A stretch of 63,855 nucleotides of DNA, filler included, from Olpidium bornovanus S191 (GCA_017911155.1; 30 parts of 30 records of this genome joined end to end with filler, not necessarily neighbours in it), one strand, 5' to 3'. Counted from the whole stretch's first letter, positions 49,377 to 62,040 are shown. Notes: generated from the letters alone by a model not told the origin. Translations and numbers: made by a program.

Positions 49377-49964
49377 TCAGGGGACCTGGTCGGCCAGCTC
49401 GGCGTTCTTTTTCGCCAAAAGGCCGAGCGCCAGCAGAATCATCTCTCTTGATTCCCTTTCCGCGCAACGCTCGACCCGCCGCTCCTCCTCCCTGCGCTGG
49501 TCGTCCAGCCGGCGCTGCTCCTCCCTCCGCCTGTCTTCGCGCCTCCGCTGCTCTTCGCGGCGGTCTTCCTGCTCCCGCCGCTCGCGCCGGTCCTCCTCGC
49601 GGCGCCGGGCGTCTCTTTCCATTTGGTAGAGCAGGAGGAGCGTCAGCTCGGACGAAATCCCGGCGAGCGGGCCGCCGCCGCCGCCGCCGCCGCCGCCCTG
49701 ACTCGACGACGCCTCGAGGAGGGCACGCAGCGGGGAGTCCGCGCCGACGTGGTGGCGGTGGCCGGCGTTCGCGTGGCCGCCATCCTGGGGTTGGCGGGGA
49801 GAGCCCTCGTTGATGCTGCCGGGCTGCGGCGCCGCCGGAGGGTTCGGACGCTGACGTTTGCTGGTGCCGACAGGTCCCGGCGCCTGCCGTTTAGAAGAAG
49901 CACCATGGCCAGGTCGTCGAATCTGCCAACGCCGAGAGAGAGCGGAAGGAAACGCGGACAGCAA
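49377..49964 (-). CDS. Hypothetical protein with an Arg/Glu-rich charged helix near the C-terminus
   Basis: ERDARRREEDRRERREQEDRREEQRRR.. followed by MILLALGLL. No family recognised. Confidence 0.4.
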   Translation of the reverse strand: MLSAFPSALSRRWQIRRPGHGASSKRQAPGPVGTSKRQRPNPPAAPQPGSINEGSPRQPQDGGHANAGHRHHVGADSPLRALLEASSSQGGGGGGGGGPLAGISSELTLLLLYQMERDARRREEDRRERREQEDRREEQRRREDRRREEQRRLDDQRREEERRVERCAERESREMILLALGLLAKKNAELADQVP

Positions 49965-50123
49965 AAGTAGGTTTAGATTTCCGGTAAGAGAACAGAAGCA
50001 CAGCCGGGTTTCTCCCGGAATTCNNNNNNNNNNNNNNNNNNNNNNNNNNNNNNNNNNNNNNNNNNNNTTAATTAATTAANNNNNNNNNNNNNNNNNNNNN
50101 NNNNNNNNNNNNNNNNNNNNNNN

Positions 50124-52067
50124 ATCCAGCCGCTTCCTTTCAAGAATAAAATCGAGCGCGACTTCCTCGCCCGTCTCGGCGCGTCGCGCGATCCAAGTCA
50201 CGTCCCCGACCTCGAGAACCTGCTGTTCACAGGGGATGCCCATGCGCCGCAGTTCCACGTGGAAGTAGTCGCGGTCGGTGAGGCGCCGGACTTCCCGGGT
50301 GTCTATCAGGCAGAGCACCTCGAACGAACCGGCAGGGAGAATCACGGGATCGAAGGCAGGAGAGACCGGTGGCGACGGGTCCGGTGCCGAGGCGGACCGG
50401 GCGGCTGGGGGAGGTACGGCCGAAGGCGGCAGCGGGAGGGGGTTGGAACTGGATTTAACGATTTGCAGGGGTTCCAGAGCTGGAGGGAGGGGCTGGCTGG
50501 CGCTGGCGCTTGTGGATGCAGTTGGCGCCTCGCGGGAAAAACTGCGGGGTAGCGGCTGGCTGGACGAGCCGGCCGGGACGGCCCAGGTCGGCATACTGGA
50601 GGAGGAATTCACCAACGGAGGCGGAAGACAGTGTGCACCCTGCGGGCCAGGCTCAGTATCTGGGCCGGCGCCAAGCTCACCGGACAGCAGGGATCGAACG
50701 TCGATCCCCGGGCAATAGTCCGGAGCGTGCTGTTCTCGTATATGGGCCACCACGTTGCCGTCGGGGCTTGTCTGCCCGGTAGGGAACAGCAGCGACGCGA
50801 ACGAATGATGTGCCTGCAGGCGGTGGTACTCGATTTTGTATAGCAGCGCCTCGTCGTCCTTTCCTGTCCTTTCAAGATCGGCGTGTGAGCCGAACGTCTG
50901 CTGACGAACTTTCCGAGTTACCCGCAAAACGCCTGTTGTCGCGCCGTCACGCACCGTCGGCCACCGCATGCGCATCCCGGGCGCGCCGCACGCGCCGGTC
51001 GTCCGCGGAGAGGTACCAGAACTGGAACGGAGCCCGCTCGGCAAATCGCAGTTCGGAGGGGGTTGATCTCGCCGCTGCCCGAGAGGCGCCCGGCGCGCCG
51101 CTTCCGCGACGCGGAGCCCCGCCGGCCGGCTGCGGCGGCCCCTCGGCCGCGTCGGCTCCCTGCTCCGCGGCGACGGCCCGGCGCATTTTCACGGCCAGCT
51201 CGCGACCGTCTTCCGTCAGGCAGTAGCTGGAGCCGGACTTGTACACTAACTCCTTCTTCAACAGGTCTGACATGCCGCGCCACGCGGTGTAGAATTTTCC
51301 CGGTTCGGGAGTGTCGAACGACGAGTCGCACAGCGGTTGCGCGGCCCTGATGATGTCCGCTTTCGTCCCGAGGCCGGGCTCGGGGCCGTTCTCGCCGGCT
51401 TCGAGGAGGGCGAGGAGGATCGCGTAGGGGCCCGACCGGTACCGCGGGACGTACGCGGCGGCCTTCGTCTTCGCCCTGCTCCCCTCCGCGGCGGCGTCGG
51501 CGGCGGCGGCAGCGGCGGCCTTGGATTTCCGGGTCTTCCTCGGGGGCCCCTCCTCGCCGGCCTCGCCCTCGCCGTGCGCCGGCGACTTGCGCTTTGCGGG
51601 CCGCCGCGGCTGGCTCTGCTGCGACGCGCCGTCGGTGCCGCTCTGCGAGCGGGGGTTCTCCGGCGGAGGGAGGTTGTTTTCGCGGCAGTGCCGCAGAAGC
51701 TGTGCCTGCAGGCGGTTGGCGATCGCGTCGCCGATGCCGTCGAGCCGCTTGGCTTCAAGGCCCGTCGCCAGAGGCAGCGAGTACGCCGCCATGGAATCGT
51801 GCGCCTGGGAAATCAAAGGTGAAAAAAAACACCCCGCACCCGACGAGTAGGGCGGCGGCGCACTTTCAGAAAACAGCGACCGCAAGGAAGGCAAAAAACT
51901 AGGGCGGGCCCGGGCAGGGAGGGACAGCGGACCCTTTTCAGCGCGTAGTGGGCCCTGGAGTCCGCGTGGCGCGGGTTGTTCAGCTTCAGCTCGAGGGCCT
52001 GGTCGCGCCACTCCGCCAGCCACTGCAAGAAGAGCGGGTTCGCGCACGGCTGCTTGGGCTCGAGCAT
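50124..52067 (-). CDS. MUS81: Crossover junction endonuclease Mus81, 3'-partial
   Basis: CANPLFLQWLAEWRD (N-terminus); AKRLDGIGDAI (HhH); YVPRYRSGPYAILLAL..FYTAWRGMSDLLKKELVY (winged helix); LIDTREVR..LEVGDVTWIAR..LDFILERKRLD (ERCC4). Confidence 0.96.
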
Positions 52068-52179
52068 TTGCTGCGGGGGCGGGGGGGTCGGGACGGGCGC
52101 GTTTGGGAAGGATCGGCGGCGGGACGCGCGGGGTTTTTTTTTTTTTTTTTTTTTTTTTTTTCGGGGGGGGCGGGTGTTG

Positions 52180-52243
52180 GTCACGTGATCGCGCGGCGGT
52201 TTTTTTTTTTCGGTGTGTGCGGGTGTTGGTCACGTGATCGCCC
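52180..52243 (-). promoter_or_regulatory. Two E-box copies (GCGCGATCACGTGAC, GGGCGATCACGTGAC) upstream of MUS81
   Basis: The duplicated GGGTGTTGGTCACGTGATCGC places them about 113 and 162 nt upstream of the MUS81 ATG. Confidence 0.55.
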
Positions 52244-52305
52244 GACCGGGCGGGGGAAAAAAAAGCCAAAACAAACGGCGAGAAAAAAAAGGCGCAATCC
52301 CCGGG

Positions 52306-52313
52306 TATAAAAG
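52306..52313 (+). promoter_or_regulatory. Canonical TATA box TATAAAAG in GC-rich flanks, pointing away from MUS81
   Basis: Sequence CCGGG-TATAAAAG-GGGGCGC. Confidence 0.5.
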
Positions 52314-52390
52314 GGGGCGCGACGCGCGCCGCGCTCGCTTCTTCCACCCCGGAAGAAAGGAGAAAAGAAAGAAGGAAAGAAGGAAATAAG

Positions 52391-52446
52391 ACGGGAGACG
52401 GGAGACGGGAGACGGGAGACGGGAGACGGGAGACGGGAGACGGGAG
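52391..52446. repeat. (ACGGGAG)8 heptamer tandem repeat
   Basis: Read directly. Confidence 0.95.
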
Positions 52447-54421
52447 CAGGGGAGGGCGCCGTGGCAGACGTGCACACCTTCGGGGATGTGGCGGAAGACT
52501 GGAAGGCGGACAACACGCGCCGCAGCCTGCGCGTGAAGCTTGAGGTGAGACGTCCTGCGTCCTTCCTGCCCATTGTTGTCCTTTGTTTGCACACGCTTTT
52601 TCGNNNNNNNNNNNNNNNNNNNNNNNNNNNNNNNNNNNNNNNNNNNNTTAATTAATTAANNNNNNNNNNNNNNNNNNNNNNNNNNNNNNNNNNNNNNNNN
52701 NNNCATGACCGAGGATCGCTGGGACGGTCTGGAGCGCGCGATGTTGTGGCGGTCTCTGGCCATCATCGCCAGCGCCGCTTTTGCCATCCTCGTCCCCGAC
52801 ACATCGGCCCTCGGCCCAGCGTCCGTACCGCCCTGCGAACCTCGCACGGACGGGTTCTTGGCAAGGATGGCGAGGTTCGCCGAGATCGCCGACGAGGGCG
52901 GGCAGGGCGAGCTTGGTGAAGGAGGCGGGATTGAAATGAAGAGGTACGAGGATAACGGTGTGGGTGGAGAGAAACTGGGCGTGAATTGGGCGAGCGAGGG
53001 AGCAAAACGCGGGCATGCAGCGTCCCTATGTGGGGGGCGGAGCAACGCGGGAACCTCAAGGGCCGAGTTGTGTTTTACAAAACCGGCTTGGACGTATGGC
53101 CGTTATGTTTGAGTTTGTCCGGGGATTCCGCACGATGCCGTCCAAACGGGGAGCCCCGTAACACTTTGCTGTCGCAAACGCGCTCCGTCGGAAACGAACG
53201 CGCGTTACTAATAAAAGGGCGCGCGTTCTGCTTCCACGCAACGATGGCCCTATTCGAACGCATTTTGAAACTTCGCAGAAGGAGCGAGTGTCACTACGAA
53301 CAAATTCAACAGTCTCCAGTCGAGGCCGAACCCGGAATGGACCTTCCTCCCACTTGCGGTTTGCGCGACCTGTGCGATTGATGCCAGGTCTGGCGCGCGG
53401 CCATCAAGCACCTGTGTCTGATTAATTCATAAGGCCTTTCCGTGTCTTGAAGCATTTCTTTTGGTCGCAAGTTTGTGTTTCACGCAAGAGTTAGTCCCCA
53501 CAGAAGGCGTTGGAAGCGGGAGCTCATCTGAGGTTGGGGGGGGGGGGGGGGGACTCAACGTAGTCACGTGCCAACGCGTCTGGAAATGGCGTACCGTCTG
53601 GGTGGCCCTCGGACTCGTCGCCCTCTCCCGGCGGTTGTGGGCCGCCAAGTTGCTCAGGCGCGGGGGCTCCCGCGCTCGGAGCACCCCCGCTTTCTCCCAG
53701 GGTTCTTCGCTCCACCGCCGGATCTGCCCCCGACGACCCTACGAAGGATCTAAATCCAATGAGGTCCGAGTGCCTGAGGACGACTTTGTCAACGACTGAC
53801 CAGGTAGAGGCTGTGGTACCAGAAGACAGCGTACTTGAAGCGCTAATTCGCACGTAGGACTCTCGCGGTCAGGCTGAGGAAGCCAGCGATCAACCTGCCT
53901 CTCCCGGCCGGAATCCCAATTTGCCTGGAGTGTCCAGCGTAGGATTGCGAAGCAGGGCTGGCCGCGCTTCCCTTTCCCGAACAGCAGCGGCAATATTTTT
54001 CTGGTCTCACGGGGAAACAAAGATACCGATATGCAAACGCGCAATGCCCACGCCGGACTTTTTTAACCCTTGGATCAAGGATCGGGCCCCGCGGATTGGT
54101 GAGGGATGCAGCCGGCCGAAATTTCCGGCTGCCGGCTGGTGACCGGTGGCTGATGTGCTTTCGCAGGGGGCCGTGTCCCCCCTCCTATTTCTCCTTTGTA
54201 CCACCGCTCGTACCCACCCCCAGCAAATGAGCTTCCCCCAATCCTTTGTGACGGTATGACCCGGTTAGCACGCCGCTCCTAGGTTGCGTACATCATTATT
54301 TACTTCGACGCATATGCCATGNNNNNNNNNNNNNNNNNNNNNNNNNNNNNNNNNNNNNNNNNNNNTTAATTAATTAANNNNNNNNNNNNNNNNNNNNNNN
54401 NNNNNNNNNNNNNNNNNNNNN

Positions 54422-57069
54422 AAGGTAACGGCTCACAGCGGTTTACTTGACTGTCCCATCCTGAACAATTTATTCCTGGAAACGCCTCCGACGTTCCTCC
54501 TGGTGAGCCTACTTGATTGCAACTGACAGGTTGGAAACATGAATACTTTTGATTCAGGGTGGCTTGGAATTTATGTCTCACGCGACCACTATAGACGACC
54601 CATTCTTCTACGTTGACGCCGCCAAAGGAATCGAGCACAAGAAGTGAGAAATGGTCGTTTGGCCGGTTTCTATCCTTGCGTCCGAACCACTGCCATACAC
54701 GAGTGCTGAAATGGACCGTCTAACAGTGTGGAGCAGCCCGGATTGCAGGTCCTTTCGGTGGATAATTTGCCAACAGAGTTCCCGCTCGAGGCCAGCAATC
54801 ATTTCAGCGAATGCCTGTTGCCATTTGTCAAAGAAATGGTGCGGCGGCAGTTTGCCGATTGTCCCTGGTTTGGTACTACAGTCGGCTGATTGATTATTTG
54901 ACGGTTTGAACCGCTGATTAACGTGATCAGGCCAAGGAAAACTGGGATCATCCCGTGCTGAAGCGCGCGATTATTGCAGAAGGGGGGAATCTGGCACAAT
55001 CGTACACCCATCTCAAAAGGGCAATCGAGAAATCGGTAGGATCATCTCCTGTTGAAATGGTCACCTGCACTACAAGAGGTAGAGAGTCGAAGCGGGTTCT
55101 CTTGCTCGGAAGCGGCATGGTTGCCGGTCCACTCGTGGATTACCTTCTCAGGATTGAAGATGTGCATGTCGTTATCGGTGAGTGAAAGTGCCCTGTCGAA
55201 GGTTTTTTTTTTGGTTTTTGTCGTACATTTTGGCTGAACATGTGACTGCAGCCAGTAATGATCGATCAGAAGCCACATCGCTGGCGAAGGACCGGGATCG
55301 AACGGAAGTTGTCAACCTGGACGTTGCGAATGCCGCGATGGTGTCTCAACTCGTGTCACGGGCTGATGTAGTCGTGTCGCTTGTCCCGGCCCCGCTGCAC
55401 CCGACCGTTGCCCAGTCATGTATAAAAGAGCGAAAGCACATGGTCACGGCGAGCTATATTTCCCCCGCCATGCGCTCGTTGGATGAAGACGCAAAGCAGG
55501 CGGGCGTGGCGATCATGAACGAGATCGGCCTCGACCCGGGCATTGATCACCTCACTGCCATGAGGACGATCGACGAAGTCAAGCATGAAGGCGGCAAGGT
55601 GGGAGCCGGTCGGGGTCGTCTTCGAGCGCGGCCGCGGCCCGCGAGAGTGACGGTGACCGTTTTGCGGGGCGGAAAAATCAGATCAGATCGTTCATTTCCT
55701 GGTGCGGCGGCCTGCCCGCGCCGGAGTTCTCCGACCTACCGCTGGCCTACAAGTTCAGCTGGTCGCCGCGCGGCGTGCTCACAGCCGGCAAGAACGCGTC
55801 GCGGTTCAAGATGGCCGGGAAACTCGAGGAGGTCCCCGGCCACCGGCTTTTGCCGTCGCGTTTCCCGACCGTCCCTCTGGGGTTCTCGGGGTTTGCTTTC
55901 GAAGGTCTCGCGAACCGGGACGCGCTGCAGTACACGGACACGTACGCCCTTCCGCCGGTCGGCGAAATGGAAACCATGTTCAGGGGAACGCTGCGGTACA
56001 AGGGATTCGCCGACATGATGTACAGGTTCTCCCGGCTCGGATTTTTGGGGACTGAAAACATGGACGGCTACGAGTTTCGCGGATGGGTAAGTTCGGAATG
56101 CGGGGGGAAACGATCTTAGCCCCGGGGCCCGCGGCAGATAAGCAAAAAAATCATGCAGGAACACGCCTGATGTCCCACCGTCGGGGTTTGGGCCGTCGCG
56201 ACGGCGCGCCCCCTGTGGAAATCACAAAAAAAAAAAAAAAAAAAAAAACGCGAACACTCACACACGCACACGCACACCGAATCAGCCGGATTTCCTCGAC
56301 AAACTTCTCGCGCCGGGCTCCGTCCACCTGACGGACGGAGACCGGCGGAGGCTGATCGCGGAGAAGGCGGGGTTTCCGGACGACGGCGACCCGAACGCGG
56401 CCGGAAAGTTCCGGGACGCGCTGCGGTTTTTCGGCCTCCTCCCTGGCTGCGCCGCCGGCGGCGCCGGCGGCGCCCTCGCCGCCCCGCCGGCGAACACGCC
56501 GAAGACGCCGCTGGACATGTTTTGCGCGCTGCTCTCGCGGCGCCTGCGGTACCTCCCCGGCGAGCGCGACATGGTGGTGCTGCAGCACGAGTTCGGCGTG
56601 GAGACGAGGAGCGGCCGGCGCGAGACTCGCACGTCGACCTTCGTCGCGTACGGCGGCCCCCAGTACACCGCCATGGCAAAAACCGTCGGTTACCCGGCAG
56701 CAATTGCCGCAGAACTTCTCTTGAGAGGTAAGAACAATAAAAAAAACGGCGCCCTGGCAAGGAGGAAGTCAAATCTCCCACCCTCCCCAATTCCCCCCCC
56801 CCGCTTTGCGTCACGAAAGTAACAACGCACTCCATTTCTTTCTGTGAAATGCCCCCAACTCCCCCCCCCCGGCCCGCCGCCCCTGGCGGCGCACAAAATC
56901 CTCAGGCCAGATTCACGAGCGCGGCGTCCTCGCCCCGGTCTCCCCGCACGTGTACAACCCCATCATCGAGAGGCTGGAAAAGGAAGGGATCCGCGTCACG
57001 GAGTGCACGAGGGAAGGCGGCGGTATGGTCCAAGGCGGGCTGAGGTGCCGCGACGCGGGATGGCCGTGA
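54422..57069 (+). CDS. AASS: Bifunctional lysine-ketoglutarate reductase/saccharopine dehydrogenase (AASS-type), 5'-partial
   Basis: LKR end: GGLEFMSHATTIDDPFF, LSVDNLPTEFPLEASNHFSECLLPFV, HPVLKRAIIAEGG. SDH: KRVLLLGSGMVAGPLVDYL, DVVVSLVPAPLHPTVA, HMVTASYISP, MNEIGLDPGIDH, SFISWCGGLP..YKFSWSPRG, NRDALQY, FRGTLRY, MAKTVGYPAAIA. Stop at 57067-57069. Confidence 0.93.
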
Positions 57070-57209
57070 GCGCCACACCGTCAGCCCAGGAATCGTGCCA
57101 AAAGGCAAGTTCGGTGCCGCAGAACGGCGCGCGATTCGCGGGGCCCGCATTTACCCCCCGTGGCGGATGGGGCCCTCCAAAGTTGGGGGGAGTTTATTTA
57201 TGAGTAAAA

Positions 57210-57249
<40 letters not shown>

Positions 57250-59054
57250 CGGGGGGGGGGGGGGGGGGGGGGGGGGGGGAAGGTGGGGTGGAGGAGAAAG
57301 CCTTCGAGAACGGGGGCAATGTAACGGCCGTTTCGTCCGGACACAGTTCCCATGAAAAATCCTGTAAAAGATACGGGGCGGTTGTCTCGTTTCGGATTAC
57401 CCGGGGGAGGCGGGCTCTGGGCGTTTTGTGGTTTCGACGAGTCACTAGAAGCTTTTCTCGTCGCTCCGAACGAAAAATCCCACACACCACGCCCCTCCCC
57501 CCCTTCCCCCGCCATACCGGGGGTTCCGAGGTAAAGGCAGGGAGGGCGAGTGGTTGCTGTCTCGATTCCGTTACGCGGGGGAGCTGTGAGGGTGTTCTGG
57601 GTTTCCGGGAAAACTCGGTAACCATTGCCTTCCGACGCGTTTCCCGGCGACCCTTTACAAGTGACGTGTGCTTCCCGAGCGTCGTCCCGCTCCCGGGAAA
57701 TTTTGTGATTTGACCGGGGTTCACCCTGGCCCCCCCCCCCCCCCCCCCCCCCCTCCCCCCCCCCCCCCCCCCCACCCCCCCGCGCAGGCAACCGCCCTCC
57801 CCCAAAAATCAACCACTCAGCGCCCCCCCCCCGACTCAAAAGTTGCATCGTTAGCCTAACCCCACCTGTCTTGGGCCCCCCCCCCCCCCCCCCCCCCTCC
57901 TTCTTCCCCGGCCCGAAACGCGCAATATACGCAATATACAAAAAGATAAAAAAAAGATTTCCGCGCGACTTTTCTTGAACGGCGAGAGAACAGGCACCCC
58001 CAAACCTCCCCCCCTCCACCTCCCCCTCAAACCGAAAGCAGACGTTTTCCCCGTCGCGCGGGGCTGACGCCGATTGGGCCGGGGGAGGAGGGGGGGAGGG
58101 GGGGGTGGGAAAACCAAAAAAAAAAATAAATTAAACGGTTGCCAAGGCGGCCGGGGCGTCCTTTCCTCCATGCCGCAAACAACGCGCGCACGCGCTCCGC
58201 GGTGGGTGGGGCGGGCGAATGGGGCGGGGGGGAAGGGGGGGGAGGGGGAACCGGGGCGAGGATTCCCTGGTTGAACGAAGGGACAGGTCGTGCGCGCGTT
58301 GCACGGCCCGCCTGCCCCACCTGCGTGTCCCTCAGACGCTCGCTTTCCGCCTGGTCTTCATTATTTATTTTTTTTTTTTTGTTCTCTCGTTACATATTAC
58401 CGAGAACCGGGAGGGTCCCCCGCCCCACGGGGGAGGGAATGAGGGAGGAGGAATTAGGGGGACGGGGGGGCGGTTGGAAAAGGGGGCGGTTGGCTTCGCC
58501 TTCGCAAAACGGCACGGGAAGCGACGGGAGCCCGCGCCGATTTGTTCCCCGCGGCACACCAATTGCCTCGATGATCTAATAAGAGAAAGATGCCGAGCGC
58601 GGCGAAACGATAAACACAAAAAGAAAAAAAAATCCGAAGAAAGGGGAAGAGAGGGAGTGTACGTGCAAGCGCATGCATGTGAGTCTAGATCGGATTGATT
58701 TTTACTTCTCGACGCGTATTTCTACTGAACCGTTTCGACGACCGGCATGGCGCAGTACGTGTCTTTTCCTTGCGCCGCGACCGCTCTGGACTGTTTGTGG
58801 GAGCACGCCTTCCCGCACTTCGATTTGGTCGACCATGATTTCACTTCCCTCGTAATGAAGGGTTCGGCGAGCGAGAAGCCCAAACCGCCGATGAGGGTCG
58901 CCGCGGCGAAGAGGAACCGCTTCTGCAGTTTCCTGATCTCCTGCGTCGTGGGAANNNNNNNNNNNNNNNNNNNNNNNNNNNNNNNNNNNNNNNNNNNNTT
59001 AATTAATTAANNNNNNNNNNNNNNNNNNNNNNNNNNNNNNNNNNNNNNNNNNNN

Positions 59055-59849
59055 CAGCTACACGCAAGCGAAATCCTCCGTGCTGGTCGGGCGCCGCCTG
59101 CTCCTGAAGGCCGGCATCCCGTTCAGCAGGCCGGACGACTACTTCGCGGAGACCGTCAAGTCGGATTCGCACATGTTCAAGGTGCGGCAGAAGATGGCTG
59201 ACGAACTGGGCGCCTTGAAAGCCGCCGACGAAGCGAGGCGGCAACGGGAACTGCGCAAATTCGGCAAGAAGGTGGAGATGGAAAAACTTGCCGAGCGGAA
59301 GAAGAAGAAGGCTCTTGAGGAGGAGAAGATTAGAGCTTTCAAAAAGAGTTAGTTTTTCTTTTTTTTCTGTCTTGCGGCGCCACATTCGGCGCGGCACCCC
59401 TTTTTTTCTTTTATCGCAAAATTCTAGACGGCTCTCGGCCGCCGCCGCGTTGCCGCGCAAATCTCCGATGTTTTAGATCCCCTTCCCCCCCCCCTCCCTT
59501 CCCCGCGCGCGGCGGCTTTTTACCTGACATCGTTTGCATCGGTCGCGTTTTTCTGCGCGTGCCAGAACGCAAGGGCGCCGACCTGGACACCGCAAACGCG
59601 GTCGGGGACGAGTTTGATGTGGCTCTGGAGACCAACGACTCCCCGCGGCCGGGCAAGCGACAAAAGGCGGAGCAGAAGGACAAGAAGGCCCACACGCCAA
59701 ACGCGAAGCGCAGGGGGAAGAACGCGAAGTACGGTTTTGGCGGCAAGAAGCGGGGTTCCAAGTCCAACACTGCTGAATCGTCGGCAAACTTCAAGGGATT
59801 CAGTCTTGCGAAGAACAACTCGACTTCGTTCGGGCGGCAGGGTAAATAG
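59055..59849 (+). CDS. EBP2: rRNA-processing protein Ebp2, 5'-partial
   Basis: IPFSRPDDYFAETVKSDSHMFKVRQK..RRQRELRKFGKKV and KNAKYGFGGKKRGSKSNTAESS. Confidence 0.94.
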
Positions 59850-60970
59850 ACCACAGTTTCCATGCCGGGATGCCTGCTCACGGGGAACAAATCATCTGCA
59901 AAATTAGAAGAGGATGTGAGGGAATGGGGGAGAGAGTAAACCGACTGCACAGCGGAGCCGGGCGCTGCTGCACGCAAACGGTAGTACGGATTGGATCGCA
60001 AAAGGTCTTCGAGCGTCTCTCCCATTCGCCGGCCGGTTCGCCCCTCGTCTCTCGCGTTTTCTTGTCTCCCGCTCTCTCTCCGTCTCTGTCTCTTTCTCTC
60101 TTCCCGTTCCCCCGCCGTCCCCCCCTCCCTCGGAACTTGGGCACCGGTTTCGCACGTGATAAGCACCGATTACCGCCGGTACCGCCAAATGTCTCCGGCA
60201 TTTGGTCACGTGAACGGGACACCGGTCGTTGGAGGCCCGCAACCGTGCACCCGCGTCAAACCTGATAATTTAAATAGTAGGGGTAATTAGAGAGAACGTT
60301 GACGTGAGATTCAAATCTGCAGTGGAGGTATTCGATGACGAGGTTCTAGGCTCTGGAGGGGGAAGAGGAGGAGGAGGAAAAAGGAGGAGGGCAGAGGGCA
60401 GCCCCGAGCGGGTCTTGGTATTCCGGGCGATCTGCGGCGGCGGCGTCGATCGGGGCGCCGCCTCTCGTGGCCGCGACGCTCCTGCAAACCCGGATGGCGA
60501 GGCTCCGTCACGGCCAGCGCCAACGCGTCTACGCCTCACCCGACAGGAACAACGAAAAAAAAAAAAGAAAAAAGCCAGCTCCCCGACCCCGCCACTCGCC
60601 GGGAGTCTTGCGTTTCCGCAGCCGGGAGAGAGAGGCCAGAAACACACGGAAGACGGCGGCGCGTCTTCTTCCTTTGCTACCACCACCTTACCCTGTCACC
60701 GCCCGGCACTGCGCGTGGCGCGTGCGGATGCTGACACCGCGCGTCGGGGGCGCACGACCGGTTGCGAACAAATAAAAAAAAAACTCGGCGTGATTAGGTA
60801 GTTTTGCAAGCCGCATGGCATCTAAATTATTCGAGTAATAACAAAAATGCACCGCGTGCGTCCCGTGTGCGAGAGTGGTTTCGATTTGCCCCGACGGGGC
60901 CGCCCTTCTCTCTGTCGCGGGGAACGCCCGACGCTTGCCCCGCGCTACCCGAACCCGCCCAAAACGAGAA

Positions 60971-61045
<75 letters not shown>

Positions 61046-61317
61046 NNNNNNNNNNNNNNNNNNNNNNNNNNNNNNNNNNNNNNNNNNNNTTAATTAATTA
61101 ANNNNNNNNNNNNNNNNNNNNNNNNNNNNNNNNNNNNNNNNNNNNCATGGCCCTGTTAGAGAAACAAACGTGTAGCGGAAAAAAAAAAACCGAGCCCGGA
61201 AGCGAGAGGGGAATGCGCGTACGCAAAGTTTCGAGGCGAGATAAGCTTGTGTTTCTGTTTTCGTGCGCAGCTCCTTGTATCCCAAGTCTACTTTTGTGCG
61301 GGGGTCTCCTAGCCTCT

Positions 61318-62040
61318 TTACGGGAGGGCGAGGGCGGCCTGCGAAGGGGGTTGGTTCTCCATTTTGCACTTGTGCTTGCGCCCTTCCCCCTTTCCCGACA
61401 CTTTTATTTTTCTTTTCGGCGTGCTTTTTTTGGAGGGCGGTGCGTTTATTGGGCGGACAGGTTGGGCCGGAAGTGGGGGAAGACGCGCGCGCATTTCCGC
61501 CGGGGAATTTTTTCCTTTCTTTCGAACGGGGCCGTGAAACCTGTTGTTCTGGCAAGTTGCGAATTCTCCGGAATTCGTTGTAGACCACACCGCGTTGATT
61601 CTAGTCCAGTTTGCAGGACCAGCTGACCGGGGGCCGGGTTCCCACGCATATGCGGGTGGGGTCGGGCGAGGCAGATGGCCCAACGGAATCTTCAAACAAC
61701 ATGCGGGCGGAATCGGGGGCCCGTGGAGGCGGGCTTCCAAACCTGCGCGCGTGTATATAGCGAGTCTCTCGCCAGGGCAATGCCTTCTTTTCTGCATAAA
61801 ACACTTCGCTTCCGTCAGCACTTCACGTCCCTTCCACACATTGCATAAAACACTTTGCTTACACTCAGCAGTATACATCCTTTGATTCTTCGCACCCTTC
61901 ATAATGCTGGAAAATCGAGCTTCTGCGCCGCGCTGGTCGCCGCGTCTCTGGCCGCCCTCGCTGCCCTTCAGGTTACCTCTGCGCAGTTTGTGCGAACAGG
62001 CACGGGAGGATAATGGTAAGAAGGAAATTGACGAAGGCAA
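61318..62040 (-). CDS. Possible coding sequence, unidentified
   Basis: A 240-aa open frame with a Cys/His-containing segment (MYTAECKQSVLCNVW..KCFMQKRRHC). No family recognised. Confidence 0.25.
   Translation of the reverse strand: MPSSISFLPLSSRACSHKLRRGNLKGSEGGQRRGDQRGAEARFSSIMKGAKNQRMYTAECKQSVLCNVWKGREVLTEAKCFMQKRRHCPGERLAIYTRAGLEARLHGPPIPPACCLKIPLGHLPRPTPPAYAWEPGPRSAGPANWTRINAVWSTTNSGEFATCQNNRFHGPVRKKGKNSPAEMRARLPPLPAQPVRPINAPPSKKSTPKRKIKVSGKGEGRKHKCKMENQPPSQAALALP

Noticed and set aside
52704-54321. Contig with several 60-135-aa ORFs on both strands
   Set aside because: No family motif, consistent splice pattern or strand preference was recognisable.
57300-58954. ORFs downstream of the LKR-SDH gene, including a hydrophobic stretch at about 58720-58954 on the minus strand
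   Set aside because: Dominated by low-complexity sequence; the hydrophobic segment is too short to assign.
59139-59160. Ebp2 FAETVK in place of the usual FAEMVK
   Set aside because: A single substitution with no evidence of recoding or editing.
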